A model generated the notes under the pieces. That model saw only the letters and a list, made by a program, of their open reading frames with translations, was not told the DNA's origin and did no database searches. Positions 28,701 to 38,700 of a DNA stretch of 64,000 bases are shown one piece after another (position 1 is the stretch's first letter; each line of letters begins with the position of its first letter). This DNA is from Candidatus Gottesmanbacteria bacterium GW2011_GWA2_43_14. GTDB taxonomy: Bacteria > Patescibacteriota > Microgenomatia > 2-02-FULL-39-11. Both the position numbers and the translations under genes were made by a program. The DNA lies in NCBI GenBank assembly GCA_000999095.1, contig LCFP01000004.1, positions 13,429 to 77,428 of the forward strand. The letters run 5' to 3'.

Positions 28701-30028
28701 TCGCTCAAATCCATCCAGCCGGCCAGAGTTTCAGGAGAATGGAAATAAAACCCGTTTGCTAGATCCGACCTAAAATCTTCGCACTTTTGCAGAAAAAGTC
28801 CGGCTTCATCACCTTTACCTTGAAAAAGTTGCCTGATAGGATTTTCCGTATCACCAATATCCCGCAGAGCCGGATCGTGAAGATTACCTGGATTAAATGA
28901 CAGAGTAAATCTTGTCGCTCTTTCGGGCTGGCCGCCTTCAGGAATTTTAAACCACCAGCTTCTGATTCTCCTTGTTGTAGCTCGATAAACAAAAGTTGCC
29001 AATAATCCGCCGCCTGCTCCAATCAGCGTATCTAACCTGCCCGCGATTGAAGGATCAACCATACTGCCTAATATACTGTTAGAGTATATATCGTTAAATG
29101 CACCGACATAGGCTCCTCCTCCAGTCATGATCGCAATTCCTGCCCAATCCCAAAAATCATCCCAGTTATTCAAGGCAACCCTTCTACCAATATCCTTATA
29201 TGCTGCAATTTTTCTCGGATCGGTCTCTTTTTCAACAAGTTTACTAATTTGTTGATCGGACATATCTATAGTTATATCCCTGGTACCACCAGTAGTAAGA
29301 TCATAGCCTAACTGATAGGAAATGCTTTTTTCCGCCTGTTCGGCAAACTGATAGACATACATGAGTTCATCGACAGTTTCGAAAATATGCTGGTCTTCTT
29401 TGTTTACATATGCCTGAAGCCTTTTCTCGATATCTTCATTGCTGACGCCATACCATTTATACTGCTGACGGATTTCCTGTATTAATGCTAACTTTTTATT
29501 ATTATCAGCCTCCGGTAATGATAAAACTGAACTGATTCTCTCTTTTCTTTTTTTAATGTCTTTCTCCAATCCTGGACTTCCTGTCCTCTTATACCTTATA
29601 AACTGTCTCTTCTTCTGATCTACTAATGCCTCCCAAGCCCCCGCCCAGTCTCCTTTTAATTCCTCCAGGAGCTTTAAATCATCCTGGTCCATTTTCAAAA
29701 GAATCAGATCCTGCGCTCTTTTATCCCAATAAGGAAATCTTTCCTTGATAACTTCGGCCATCTGACTTAAATCCTTGCCGGTATGTGGATTTTCCAGGAC
29801 TCCGTACAATGTTTCGAGCACATTGTAAGCGTTGTATTCCTGCGAAAGATTCAGCCTGGCTTTAGTATGGCCTGTTATTCCCAATTCCGGCTTGTTGGCA
29901 AGAGGATTAACACCACCGATTTCCCATTTACCATAAACTGAACTGCGAAGCTGTTTATCCTGACTTCCAGAATTATTAACTCTTTGTGCCGGTCCTGTTG
30001 GAGTGATGTCCGGAGCGGTATCTGACAT
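25697..30028 (-). CDS. Giant orphan protein (1443 aa): Gly-rich hydrophobic hairpin, long coiled coil, C-terminal ~45-aa repeats
   Basis: Uninterrupted 4.3-kb ORF; no family motif recognised. Confidence 0.8.
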   Translation of the reverse strand: MSDTAPDITPTGPAQRVNNSGSQDKQLRSSVYGKWEIGGVNPLANKPELGITGHTKARLNLSQEYNAYNVLETLYGVLENPHTGKDLSQMAEVIKERFPYWDKRAQDLILLKMDQDDLKLLEELKGDWAGAWEALVDQKKRQFIRYKRTGSPGLEKDIKKRKERISSVLSLPEADNNKKLALIQEIRQQYKWYGVSNEDIEKRLQAYVNKEDQHIFETVDELMYVYQFAEQAEKSISYQLGYDLTTGGTRDITIDMSDQQISKLVEKETDPRKIAAYKDIGRRVALNNWDDFWDWAGIAIMTGGGAYVGAFNDIYSNSILGSMVDPSIAGRLDTLIGAGGGLLATFVYRATTRRIRSWWFKIPEGGQPERATRFTLSFNPGNLHDPALRDIGDTENPIRQLFQGKGDEAGLFLQKCEDFRSDLANGFYFHSPETLAGWMDLSDRVLGEAAQGTEMRHRIRLAKKIQQILEQEYKREAGGHKELGELELEDRVKVVTKAFDTISQVEGGETLAPIIKKVMIARARGEPLEEGITSQLEKLAKDILSGARVLHPKESPITLENKEHELSTETARRERQTTSKESYTQLLTDITTQESTATSKKDAWDSAKTTKGKQSAGAKKATGEIGTIEAKIKTAEDRITFLKSHLGEKQATGLYTGIIGDQKQIGGELKAAKKIEAGTEKILAERSEELQRLKLIPLDLIPDTDSRKQEIIDKIAILDSDVDPRGAKAAENALTPLTERRESLEESYNSLGNEINNVKQEIAIFEKSGGTLDNLRDQIETKKNEIETARLEYKSEKDKLDALIRKRNQLLQEVFGFDVTIPGFTAPSTEKIGDIAKETADKVTKLEAELKKLRERKEAGEALVVSDEDKETERGLQKLVESEIFNSDKFNELINDIISGNIKIEDLAKTLSDEGYSLLLKRIFGIDALSQGVNGNYNLTSRILSKGRLAEAIMSVWNLENRATPNAFFAGDSAGLQAYQDSQSIKQEIAGLTEQVSNIEKGKADGWEDQVRDLRRQLNNIQIELNDSLSILYDTRLASLLAQDRVSTAQVISKTLIEISKDAIKGNPFNELLTVSTAGPKTETFTTDHGPISITEMNKNERTGALIERGPIIEENIGNSGISVNLGIDNTEPIGGLNLTLNLRKEQSTINLLPSDLQPNIPDELVYLAYGNEFRRKAATNPADFDQAVLDSITYTNRESAENAGLPPELINIIYGPNTADGKKDLADIITGLGAFNPAVLPYERESFIGASPELQALFYELTADKRRTVVEINNFISSLAVDRAAATAAGGYPPGVLELIYKADGTRKDPSEIQNIIFKRDPTQIADLNQLVNLFNHVDSTRNLTRNFLFEVAQGISMMNVSDRIRHLQNKFTDFNQDGFEVKFDNGELNVYFVDPVRGRLSSGFADILKISPTQHYGHIITGIVKSSQFSGRANQTAHGKY

Positions 30029-30105
30029 AATTATTAAGCTAATCTCACTTTAGCACACCGGCAAATTTTCTTGCAACAGAAGATTCTATATGTCATAAAG
30101 AAAGT

Positions 30106-31962
30106 ATGGCCGGAGAACAACCAGCGCCGTCACAGGCAGAAATCGTTTCAAGAGGTAAACCTCCTAAACTAGTACCGACAGAAACGCCATTTGCATCTGA
30201 AGCTATCGGGGAAAATGGAAAAGTGACAGCAAAAAAGGAAGCTAAAGATACTGCTGTCATAAAAGCTCCAAAGCTGATTTCCCCTAACCCGGAAATACTT
30301 CAAGAAATTAGATCAAAAATCGGGGATATTCCGGAAGATGCGACCGTTGATAGTCTCATGGAAATTTTAACTAAAGAACATGGATGGGACAAGGATTCCG
30401 CCCCATTAGTCGAAGCGGCGTTTGAAGCTTTAAAACTGGAAAATAAGGGACAAAATCAAACGGAAACTCAAGAGGGAGACGACCAAACAGGGGGCAGTAC
30501 CTCAGCGCAAACTGCCGATGAAGATATAATTCAGGATGAAAAAGAACCGGGAGAAGGTAAAGAGTCTGAAAAGCCCCAGACCCAAAAAGTAAGCGATGTA
30601 GAATCCGACACGGAACAAAATCAACCTACAACAGAAGAGGAACAGCCTGAAGTGTCGGAAATACCATTGTCACAAAAAGTACATGAAGCCTGGCAAGGAG
30701 AAGATGGTGCAGTAATGCTTGTTACAAAAGCTATAGAAGAAGGAAAATTCGCATTAAAAGATTTGGAAGATGATTCTAGAAAGAAAATTACAGACGACTT
30801 GGGAATAATCGATACAACTGATTTAAGAGTTTATGAGGAATTCGAATTCCGAGAAAAACTCCAAAAGGCGATAAGTGAAGTCAATCTTGCTTATACAAAA
30901 GGAAAACAAAGAGAAGATAAAAACTATGAAGTTATTGGTGATGACGGGAGTACTAGAATAATCATTATTCAAGATCATATAGGGCCGATCATAGAAGCAA
31001 CCAGACAACTTGCCAACGAAACTGAAAAAAATGCAGAGAATCAAACAGTGCCCACTGAAAGAGCCAAAAAGGCTCAAGAAGATTTGGACGTACTTGAACC
31101 GATACTAAAACCGGATCCGAACGGCGGTTATTATTTTGATATACAAGAAGAAATAAAAGAGCCTCAGGAACCGCCGGAAATAACACTGCTTCGCCTGCAA
31201 AAAATGGTCGATGATGCCTTAAGATTTTTAGCTTTACCGGATCATATGGACAATGATAATAAAGTGATTGTTGCAGCGGCTATGGATGCATACGGACAAT
31301 TAGTACTTGTCTCTCAAACTGAAGCAGTGAAAGGAGGACTCGAACCGATATCAAATGCACCGCCCGAAGTCAGAATTCCGTTGGCCAGAATGGCATTAAA
31401 CACGTATCAGGAATTCAGGAGAAAAGTCACTACAAAAGGCAAAAAGGCCGAAGACAGCTATAGTGACTGGCAGGAAGTTCAAAAAGAAATTGAGATGCAA
31501 AAGGAAGGCAATGATGAGATAAAAAAATATTTTCGCCAATTTGTTGAAGATAAGGGCAGTTATTATGATGAACGTATTGATAAATTAATTGAAGAAGGAC
31601 ATTTTGTAGAAACGATGTCAGCTGTATTTACAGCTTCATATTTTGGAAAAATTAAAGACCGGTATAGAGCGCTAAAAGCTTCCCAGGTTTTGAAAAAATC
31701 AGGGCTAGCGAAAAAATTCAGTGAACAAAATAGTCCGTGGATTTCTCACTTTATGGAGGCTTTTTTTGGAAATTTAACCCGTCAGGAGGAAAAGAAAAAG
31801 TTGCTTAAGGATATCTTTGACAGATTGCCGATCAACAAATGGAGAGAGGCGGCCGGAACGGTCGGAGGCATGTTTATCATTACCGCGATAGGCAAATTTG
31901 ATGAATTAATGAATTTTGGTACCGAAACAGCTTCCGGTTCACGGAGCCCTCAAGCAGGTTAA
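30106..31962 (+). CDS. Acidic hypothetical protein (618 aa)
   Basis: Long ORF, E/Q-rich disordered N-terminal half, short hydrophobic segment near the C-terminus. Confidence 0.75.
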   Translation: MAGEQPAPSQAEIVSRGKPPKLVPTETPFASEAIGENGKVTAKKEAKDTAVIKAPKLISPNPEILQEIRSKIGDIPEDATVDSLMEILTKEHGWDKDSAPLVEAAFEALKLENKGQNQTETQEGDDQTGGSTSAQTADEDIIQDEKEPGEGKESEKPQTQKVSDVESDTEQNQPTTEEEQPEVSEIPLSQKVHEAWQGEDGAVMLVTKAIEEGKFALKDLEDDSRKKITDDLGIIDTTDLRVYEEFEFREKLQKAISEVNLAYTKGKQREDKNYEVIGDDGSTRIIIIQDHIGPIIEATRQLANETEKNAENQTVPTERAKKAQEDLDVLEPILKPDPNGGYYFDIQEEIKEPQEPPEITLLRLQKMVDDALRFLALPDHMDNDNKVIVAAAMDAYGQLVLVSQTEAVKGGLEPISNAPPEVRIPLARMALNTYQEFRRKVTTKGKKAEDSYSDWQEVQKEIEMQKEGNDEIKKYFRQFVEDKGSYYDERIDKLIEEGHFVETMSAVFTASYFGKIKDRYRALKASQVLKKSGLAKKFSEQNSPWISHFMEAFFGNLTRQEEKKKLLKDIFDRLPINKWREAAGTVGGMFIITAIGKFDELMNFGTETASGSRSPQAG

Positions 31963-31966
31963 AACC

Positions 31967-32656
31967 ATGTTGCAACAGTTGTTATTTTTCACAGTTTTAT
32001 TTTTCCTGATTTTTTTTATCTCCAAGTCAAACCTGAGCCAATTTCACCGACTGATTATAAAAATCATAGGCCATAAACATATCTCCGTCTGGATTCTTGC
32101 ATTAATATTTCTGCCGGGCACGGTCATTCATGAACTGTCACACTTTGTTGCAGCTACCATCCTGCATGTTCCGACAGGAAAAATGTCGATTTTCCCGACA
32201 ATTGAAAAAAACGGGGAGGCCCGGGCAGGTCACATCATGGTAGCCCGGACAGACCCCTTCCGCCTAAGCCTGATCGGTTTGGCACCGATGATGATCGGTC
32301 TGACTGTTGTCTATTTAACCGGACTATTCCTGATAGGGGATTGGCCGGGTATGCTGGCCGGGGGAAACCGGGTTAAATTTATAAGCGGTTTATTTTTATT
32401 GTTCCAGACAACCTCCGGCATGTTCTCGAGCAAAAGCGACCTTAAAAGTTTCCTCCTGGTTCTGCCTGTTATTCTGCTTTTTCTCCTAACCGGTTATTTT
32501 TCCGGCCTTTCAATCCAGGCAAACCAATCATTTATGGAAACCGTAACCGGTTTATTGACCCGGCTTAATTTTTATCTTCTAATAGCTAGCATTACCGATT
32601 ACTTTTTTTATTTATTCTTTCTGGCAGTAAATTCAGTTTTTGGAAACAGGCGTTAA
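31967..32656 (+). CDS. M50-like intramembrane metalloprotease (start moved to 31967)
   Basis: [12 protein letters not shown] (HExxH in a TM), IGLAP, SKSD third-ligand motif. Confidence 0.72.
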   Translation: MLQQLLFFTVLFFLIFFISKSNLSQFHRLIIKIIGHKHISVWILALIFLPGTVIHELSHFVAATILHVPTGKMSIFPTIEKNGEARAGHIMVARTDPFRLSLIGLAPMMIGLTVVYLTGLFLIGDWPGMLAGGNRVKFISGLFLLFQTTSGMFSSKSDLKSFLLVLPVILLFLLTGYFSGLSIQANQSFMETVTGLLTRLNFYLLIASITDYFFYLFFLAVNSVFGNRR

Positions 32657-35600
32657 ACACCCGTCTGTGTGGAAGTAGGGGACTCGGAGGGAGCAGGAGC
32701 AGTCGGCTGGTTGCCGTCAGGTTCCGAAGACTGGTTGAAATAATTTACTAAAGGGCTTTGGTCGCCGGCAGGCGGTACGGGCGGGGAAACCGCGGGTACG
32801 ATAGGTTGCGGGGGAGCGGGAACTACACCTGTTGGCTGTGGAATTATTCCGGGAACAGGTTCGACTGGCTTGTAAGCAGGAACGGGAGCCATAGGCTGTG
32901 ACGGAGCAGCCGGGGAGATGGACGTGCCGAGACATTTCGGACAGGTAGAAATTTGTGTGCCATGCGGCACTTGCCAGCTGTGACTGCAGGTTTGACAGAC
33001 ATAGCTGTCCATTTGCTGATTTGTTTTATCCTCGGGCTTAATCTGGTTGTCGGGATGTTCTGCTACAGCTTCTTCTTTATCAGCGGTTTTGACAGCTTCC
33101 TTGCGGGGCATCATTTTCTTTATGTCAAAAATGAGTTGCTTATTGTTGTAATCAACGCTGATAGTGTCACCAGCAGTTAAATCACCCTTGATAAGATATG
33201 AGGAAACCGGATTTTCAATCACTCTCTGGATGGTTCTTCTCAAAGGCCTGGCACCGTATATAGGGTCAAAACCGATTTCCGCCAGATAGAGTTTGGCATT
33301 AGGAGAAATGGACAGCCCAATACCCTGTTCTTCCAGGATTTTGGTCAGGGTATGCATTTGCAGATCAACGATTTCCAGCATGTGTTCCGGTCCCAGCGGC
33401 CTGAAAATGGTAACCTCATCAAAACGGTTCAATAGTTCCGGACGGAAGAATTTACGGAGTTCCACCATCAGCTTTTTGGAAAGTTTTTCAAATTGCTCTT
33501 CTTCCTTGGCATCCTTCTTGACCTCCGCTGACTTGACCGGCAAAAGCTCATCACTGGCTTCTATCGCCAGCGTAGTGAAGAGCTTCTCGATAGTTCCAGT
33601 CTGCCAGGTATGTTGAGTTGAGTCTTTCCTAATGTAATATTTGCCTTCAGCAATCACGACTTCCTCACCTGTCGGCTTGAAAAAATGCATCTCCCATTTC
33701 TTTATGGGAAATATTTCCTTCCTGCTTTGCCTCTGTTGCATCAAATTGGCATTTGAATCTTTCGTTTGTTTGGCAGACTGCGTTAAAGGTTGTTCTTCTA
33801 CAAGACTGTTGGCGAAAAATTCTTCCAGGGTACCGGTTGTCCAGTCTTTCACCTGTAGGTTTTGCCTGGTCCAAAAACGGTCTCCCAATGTGATAAATTC
33901 TTCATTTTTGAGATTAACGGCATGAGTATCCAGTTTGGCTGTCGGCAGCTGTTCTTTGGGATTGTCGGGTTTGGCATTATAGACAATATGGTCTTTCAGG
34001 TTTTCCAGAAGCTTCGAAGTATGCCATTCTTTGGCAATGGTTGAAGTCCTGAACCAGACAAAGTCATCACGGGTGATAGTTTCACTGCCATCAGCTCCGA
34101 TAACATGCGTATCAATATAGTTTTCCGGAAAACTGCCCGTGGGGGCATCGACTAGTTGACTGCCGGCAAAGTAATCCTTAAGCTGTGTTTTTTTCCACAA
34201 AGTGCCATCTTTATCTTTCTGCCAGACATTACTATCCAATGTGATTATCTCCCTGCCTGTCGGAGAGACAACATAGGTTTTGATCATTTTCGGTTTTTCG
34301 ACAATAGGCGATGAAGGTAAGTTTTTCTTTTCCCAATTAATCATTTCCTCCTGTATGATGCCGCTGCCGAGATTAGAGGTGCAGATCATGATCGTATTTT
34401 TAAAAGAAATGGTATGTCCTTTGTTATCTGTAAGCCGTCCGTCATCAAGAAGCTGGATCAGAATATTAAAGACGTCAGGATGTGCTTTTTCGATCTCATC
34501 GAGAAGTACCACCCCTCGCTGCCGAAAAGAATCTCCGCCAAAGATTTGGCCAGCTCGGTTTTACCGACACCGGTTGGCCCCATGAAAATAAAGGAGCCTA
34601 TCGGCCTTTTATTGGACTTTAAGCCCGCCCTTCCGCGTCTGACAGCTTCAGAGACAGCGGAGACTGCTTCTTCCTGATCGATAAGTCTTTTATGAATTGT
34701 CTTTTCCAGTTCCATGAGCTTAAAGGCTTCGTTTTCAGTCAGCCGGGATACGGGAATATTGGTCCAGCGGGCAACAATCTCAGCAATAACTTCTTTATTG
34801 ACCGAGTTGGTGGTGGTGGATTTTTTTATCTGGTACTGTTCTTTCAGCAGATTCAGGTTCTGGACGGTATCCTCGGACTCTTTCTTCAGACTTTCCAGCC
34901 TGATTGTGTCTCCTATCTTTTCCGCTTCTTCTTTCTCGTGCTCCAGTTTCTTCAATTTTGCTTCACTGCTTTTTATTTCCTCAGGTAAAGATATCGCCGG
35001 CAGTCTGACGGCGGCTGCTGCTTCATCAATTAAATCAACAGCCTTATCCGGCAGAAACCTGTCGGCAATATATCTTTGGGAAAGCCTGACAGCTTCTTCG
35101 ATTGTGTCATCCGGAATTTTGACCCGGTGGAAAGCCTCATATTTGTCCCTGATGGCCAAAAGCATCTCAACGGCTGTTTCGGCTGTCGGTTCAGCAACCA
35201 TTATTGGCTGGAACCTTCTTTCCAAAGCCGGATCTTTCTCAATATATTTACGGTATTCCGTAACAGTGGTTGTACCCACCACCTGCAGTTCGCCCCGCGC
35301 TAAGGAAGGTTTAAGGATATTGGAAGCATCCATGGTACCTTCGCCCCCTGAGCCCGCCCCGACCATGTTGTGCAATTCGTCAATAAAAAGAATAACTGAT
35401 CCTGAAGCGGCCTTTACTTCCTTAATCAAATTCTTCAGTCTTTCCTCAAATTCACCTCTGTGCCTGGCTCCGGCGATCAAAGACATCAGATCAAGCTGCA
35501 GTATCTTTTTATTCAAAAGCGTCTCAGGCACGTCACTTCTGGCTATTCTTTGCGCCATGCCTTCGACAATGGCTGTCTTGCCGACTCCGGCGTCACCGAT

Positions 35601-36557
35601 TAGAACAGGATTATTTTTAGTTCTGCGTGACAGAATATGGATAACCCTCTCAATTTCCCAGCTCCGGCCGACAACAGGATCAAGTTCTCCCCGGGCAGCC
35701 TTGGCTGTCAGATCTTCAGTAAACTGTTCCAACGTAGTCTGTTTCTTGTCTTCTTTTTTCTTCTCCAGTTCTTTCTTGCCGGTAATTTTCTGGTTCAAAA
35801 CCTCCTGGGTCAGGTGGTTCTTGTTCAAAATTTGGGCAGCCATGCCTTCTCCTTCGTGAGACAAGGCCAAAAGGATGTGCTCAGGCGAGATAAATTCGTA
35901 ACCCAAGGACTTGGCTGTAGACAGGGACAGCTCAAGCACTCTTTTGATTCTGGGTGAAAATTGCGGTGTTCCGGGAAAATTACCTTTTTTGAAGCTTTTT
36001 TCCAAAGCCTGCTGCAAATCAGAGGGTACGGCTTTGCAATCGGAAATCAATTGGTAAATGGATGAATCGGAAAGAAGCGCCCAAAGAACATGCTCCGTAT
36101 CAATATGCTGGACTTTCAGCTCTTTAACTTTAGCAACTGCCTTCATCAGCACATCATTTGCCCTTTGGGTCATCCTGGATAAAACATCCATGCCTACCCT
36201 TTTACCCATATCAATTGAGGCGGCTGTTGTTTGCTGACTGTCGCTCTGATTGACAGGTGCAGGTGAAGCAGCCGGCGCTGTTGTTTGGGTGGAGACGGCT
36301 ACTGATGCAGATGATGGCGTTGCAGCCGGGGGATTGCCGATGCCTGAATAGGCTTGCCCCGATTGGATCGGGGCTTGTTGTCCGGCAGGCGGATTGCCGA
36401 TGCCTGAATAAGCCTGAGGTTGTTCGTTTTGTACTGTTTGGGAAGTATAGGAAACCGAAGCAGATTCCTCCTGCGTATTGGGGGAAACATCAGTCGGTTC
36501 ATTCTTATACTGGTCTTTTTTAAAGTATTTGGTAAACTTAAAGAGTTGACCTGGCAT
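32653..36557 (-). pseudogene. clpC: ClpC/ClpB-type AAA+ ATPase split by a deletion and frameshift near 34513 (ORFs 34458..36557 and 32653..34512); pseudogene or assembly error
   Basis: Clp N repeats; D1 GDAGVGKT/FIDELH; D2 GPTGVGKT then FGSE joined directly, in another frame, to [11 protein letters not shown]; [15 protein letters not shown]. Confidence 0.8.
36331..36410. repeat. Exact 20-nt direct repeat (ggattgccgatgcctgaata), 60-nt period, in the Clp N-terminal extension
   Basis: Copies at 36331-36350 and 36391-36410; encodes QAYSGIGNPPA twice. Confidence 0.85.
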
Positions 36558-36717
36558 TACCTCCTAGTAAACCATTTTTTCAAGGATGCTGTCAATCCCA
36601 ATTCTGACTTTCATATTGTTACTGTTTTCACAAAATTTAATCCAGTTTAGTAGTATTTTGAGCATTAATGCATTAGTTGCAAGGTAATTTTTCACATTTT
36701 AACCTAGATTTAGCCCT

Positions 36718-37998
36718 ATGGAACAACACTCTGTACCGCGTAATATTTCCAGCTTCCAATTTCACCTTATCGGTGACATGACGGTCCGCCAATTTGCTTA
36801 TCTTCTCGGAGGCTGCCTTATCGGTTTCGTCCTGTATAAACTGCTGCCTCTGCCGGGATTTTTAGCCATTCCTGCCGCCGGAGCGGCGGTTTTAACCGGT
36901 TTTGCTTTTGCCTTTGTCCCAATTCAGGAAAGGCCGCTGGACAAATGGATTGTCGCATTCATAAAAAGCATAACTTCTCCGACTCAATATCTCTGGCAAA
37001 AACAGGAAGAGATGCCGGACATTTTAGCTTATGCATACAACCGGCCTGTTAAAAGTTTGCCGCAAAACCATCTGGAGGCTCATGCGGATGCTAAAAAAAA
37101 ACTGGATAATTATTTGAACTCTTTGCCTAACCAACCCCACCAGCAAATAAATATCAGGGAAAAACATTATGTAGACAGTACTCTCAAACTCTTCAATACT
37201 ACAAACAGTTTTATTCCGGCAGCAGCTCCTTCATTTACCGCTCCGTCTTCCATACCGCCTGTTTCTGTTTCTGCGCTTCCGTTTACAACGGTGCTTCCGA
37301 TAACCCCTGTCGTCAAACCCGTACAGTCCCCTCCGCCCCCGGTAAAAGCGGATGTCCTCCATCCGCCTTTATCCGCAGCAGTTGCCCCGGTGAATCCTAA
37401 ACCGCTCCCTCCGGCAATACAAAAACCAATTGAAGTCAAAAAAGCGGCGCCCCCACAGCTTCAGCAAATACCGGTTGATCATTCGGAATTAACGGAGATA
37501 CGCCGGGAAAAAGAAAAACTGGAAAAAGAACTGGAAAGACTTAAAGCGGAGATAAGTAAATCTTCCAAAATAACCATCAAACCTGTTGAAGAAAAAGAGC
37601 CGGTCAAACCAACCATCAAGACGGTTACTCCCAAAAGCGCTGTCAATGAAATAGGCATTCCCAAACTTCCCCAGGCTCCAAATATCATTATGGGAGTCAT
37701 CAAAGACAGTAATAAGAGGCTCTTGCCCAATATTATTCTGACCATCAAGGATATCAAAGACAATCCGCACCGGGCTTTGAAAACCAACCGCTTGGGTCAA
37801 TTCTCAACCGCTACCCCCCTGCAAAACGGAACATATTTTGTCGAAGCTGAAGACCCGATGAAAAGATATACTTTTGACATTGCCGAGATCAATTTGTCCG
37901 GCAAGATCTTTCTGCCTATTGAAATTACGGCCAAGGGAGAAAAAGAAAAAATGCGTGAGCAGCTAAACAAAGAACTGTTCAGCAATCCGGGGATATAA
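36718..37998 (+). CDS. PrgI family protein with Pro-rich linker and C-terminal beta-sandwich (carboxypeptidase-regulatory-like) domain
   Basis: MEQH.VP.NI..FQFHLIGDMTVRQFAYL, TM pair, QERPLDKW; C-terminal RALKTN.LGQF..ATPL.NG.Y. Confidence 0.82.
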   Translation: MEQHSVPRNISSFQFHLIGDMTVRQFAYLLGGCLIGFVLYKLLPLPGFLAIPAAGAAVLTGFAFAFVPIQERPLDKWIVAFIKSITSPTQYLWQKQEEMPDILAYAYNRPVKSLPQNHLEAHADAKKKLDNYLNSLPNQPHQQINIREKHYVDSTLKLFNTTNSFIPAAAPSFTAPSSIPPVSVSALPFTTVLPITPVVKPVQSPPPPVKADVLHPPLSAAVAPVNPKPLPPAIQKPIEVKKAAPPQLQQIPVDHSELTEIRREKEKLEKELERLKAEISKSSKITIKPVEEKEPVKPTIKTVTPKSAVNEIGIPKLPQAPNIIMGVIKDSNKRLLPNIILTIKDIKDNPHRALKTNRLGQFSTATPLQNGTYFVEAEDPMKRYTFDIAEINLSGKIFLPIEITAKGEKEKMREQLNKELFSNPGI

Positions 37999-38022
37999 TC
38001 ATTTATAATAATCTATAGTATT

Positions 38023-38694
38023 ATGCAGCCGACTTCAGCACCGATCAGGGCGACTACCCAGGAATTTCTGGATATCGAGGACATCATCGATGATATTTTA
38101 ATCCTGAGAAGCGGCGGAGCGGCGGTTTTAATTGAAACAACTGCCGTCAATTTCGGCCTTTTGTCAGAAGAAGAGCAGGATGCCCTAATTTACGCTTATG
38201 CTTCGTTTTTAAATTCCCTGTCCTTTCCCCTTCAGGTGGTTATCCTGTCAAAGCGCATGGACATTTCTTCTTATATTGAATTCATTCTTCAGGAAGAAAC
38301 CAAACAGCCTAATCCTGTTATTAAAGACAGAATCAGAAATTACCGTGAATTCATACTTTCTACAATCAAAGAAAACCGTGTCCTGGAAAAAAAATTCTAT
38401 TTAGTCGTCCCTTTTTCTCCGTTGGAGTTGGGGATTAAAGAAGCATTTTCCGTATCCAACAAAAAGAAAAAGCTGCCTTTTACTAAAGACTACATCCTTT
38501 CCAGATCAAAAACATCACTTTTTCCCAAAAGAGACCACATCCTGAGACAGCTGGGCCGCATAGGACTTAAAGGCAGGCAGCTATCAACCCAGGAACTGGT
38601 GGAGCTTTTCTACAACCTATACAACCCGACCTTTACCGGTGAAAAACTGGGAGAAACAATAGGTTATACTAAACCGTTAGTTGAAGGGGTTTAA
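38023..38694 (+). CDS. Conserved VirB4-associated (TraC N-terminal-like) protein
   Basis: TQEFLDIEDI, VNFGLLSEEEQDALI..YA.FLNSLSFP.Q, FYLVVPF, ELVELFY..YNP. Confidence 0.75.
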   Translation: MQPTSAPIRATTQEFLDIEDIIDDILILRSGGAAVLIETTAVNFGLLSEEEQDALIYAYASFLNSLSFPLQVVILSKRMDISSYIEFILQEETKQPNPVIKDRIRNYREFILSTIKENRVLEKKFYLVVPFSPLELGIKEAFSVSNKKKKLPFTKDYILSRSKTSLFPKRDHILRQLGRIGLKGRQLSTQELVELFYNLYNPTFTGEKLGETIGYTKPLVEGV

Positions 38695-38700
38695 TAACTT

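Noticed and set aside
30050-30076. CIRCE (HrcA) element from TTAGCAC
   Set aside because: The second arm GAGTGCTAA is absent
33538-34340. Intein as the explanation for the Clp insert
   Set aside because: No N-terminal Cys/Ser splice block, no His-Asn end and no LAGLIDADG motifs; the insert is repeat-built
34505-34520. Programmed frameshift in the Clp gene
   Set aside because: No slippery heptamer, and about 46 conserved codons are physically missing, so recoding cannot restore the protein
34714-35859. 381-aa ORF on the plus strand
   Set aside because: Antisense shadow of the conserved Clp D1 domain; Ser-rich, with no motifs
36331-36410. CRISPR-like repeat-spacer-repeat
   Set aside because: Only two copies, in frame within a coding region, and no cas genes
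36559-36566. AGGAGG Shine-Dalgarno for the Clp gene
   Set aside because: Only 2 nt from the ATG, too close to call functional; the start remains uncertain
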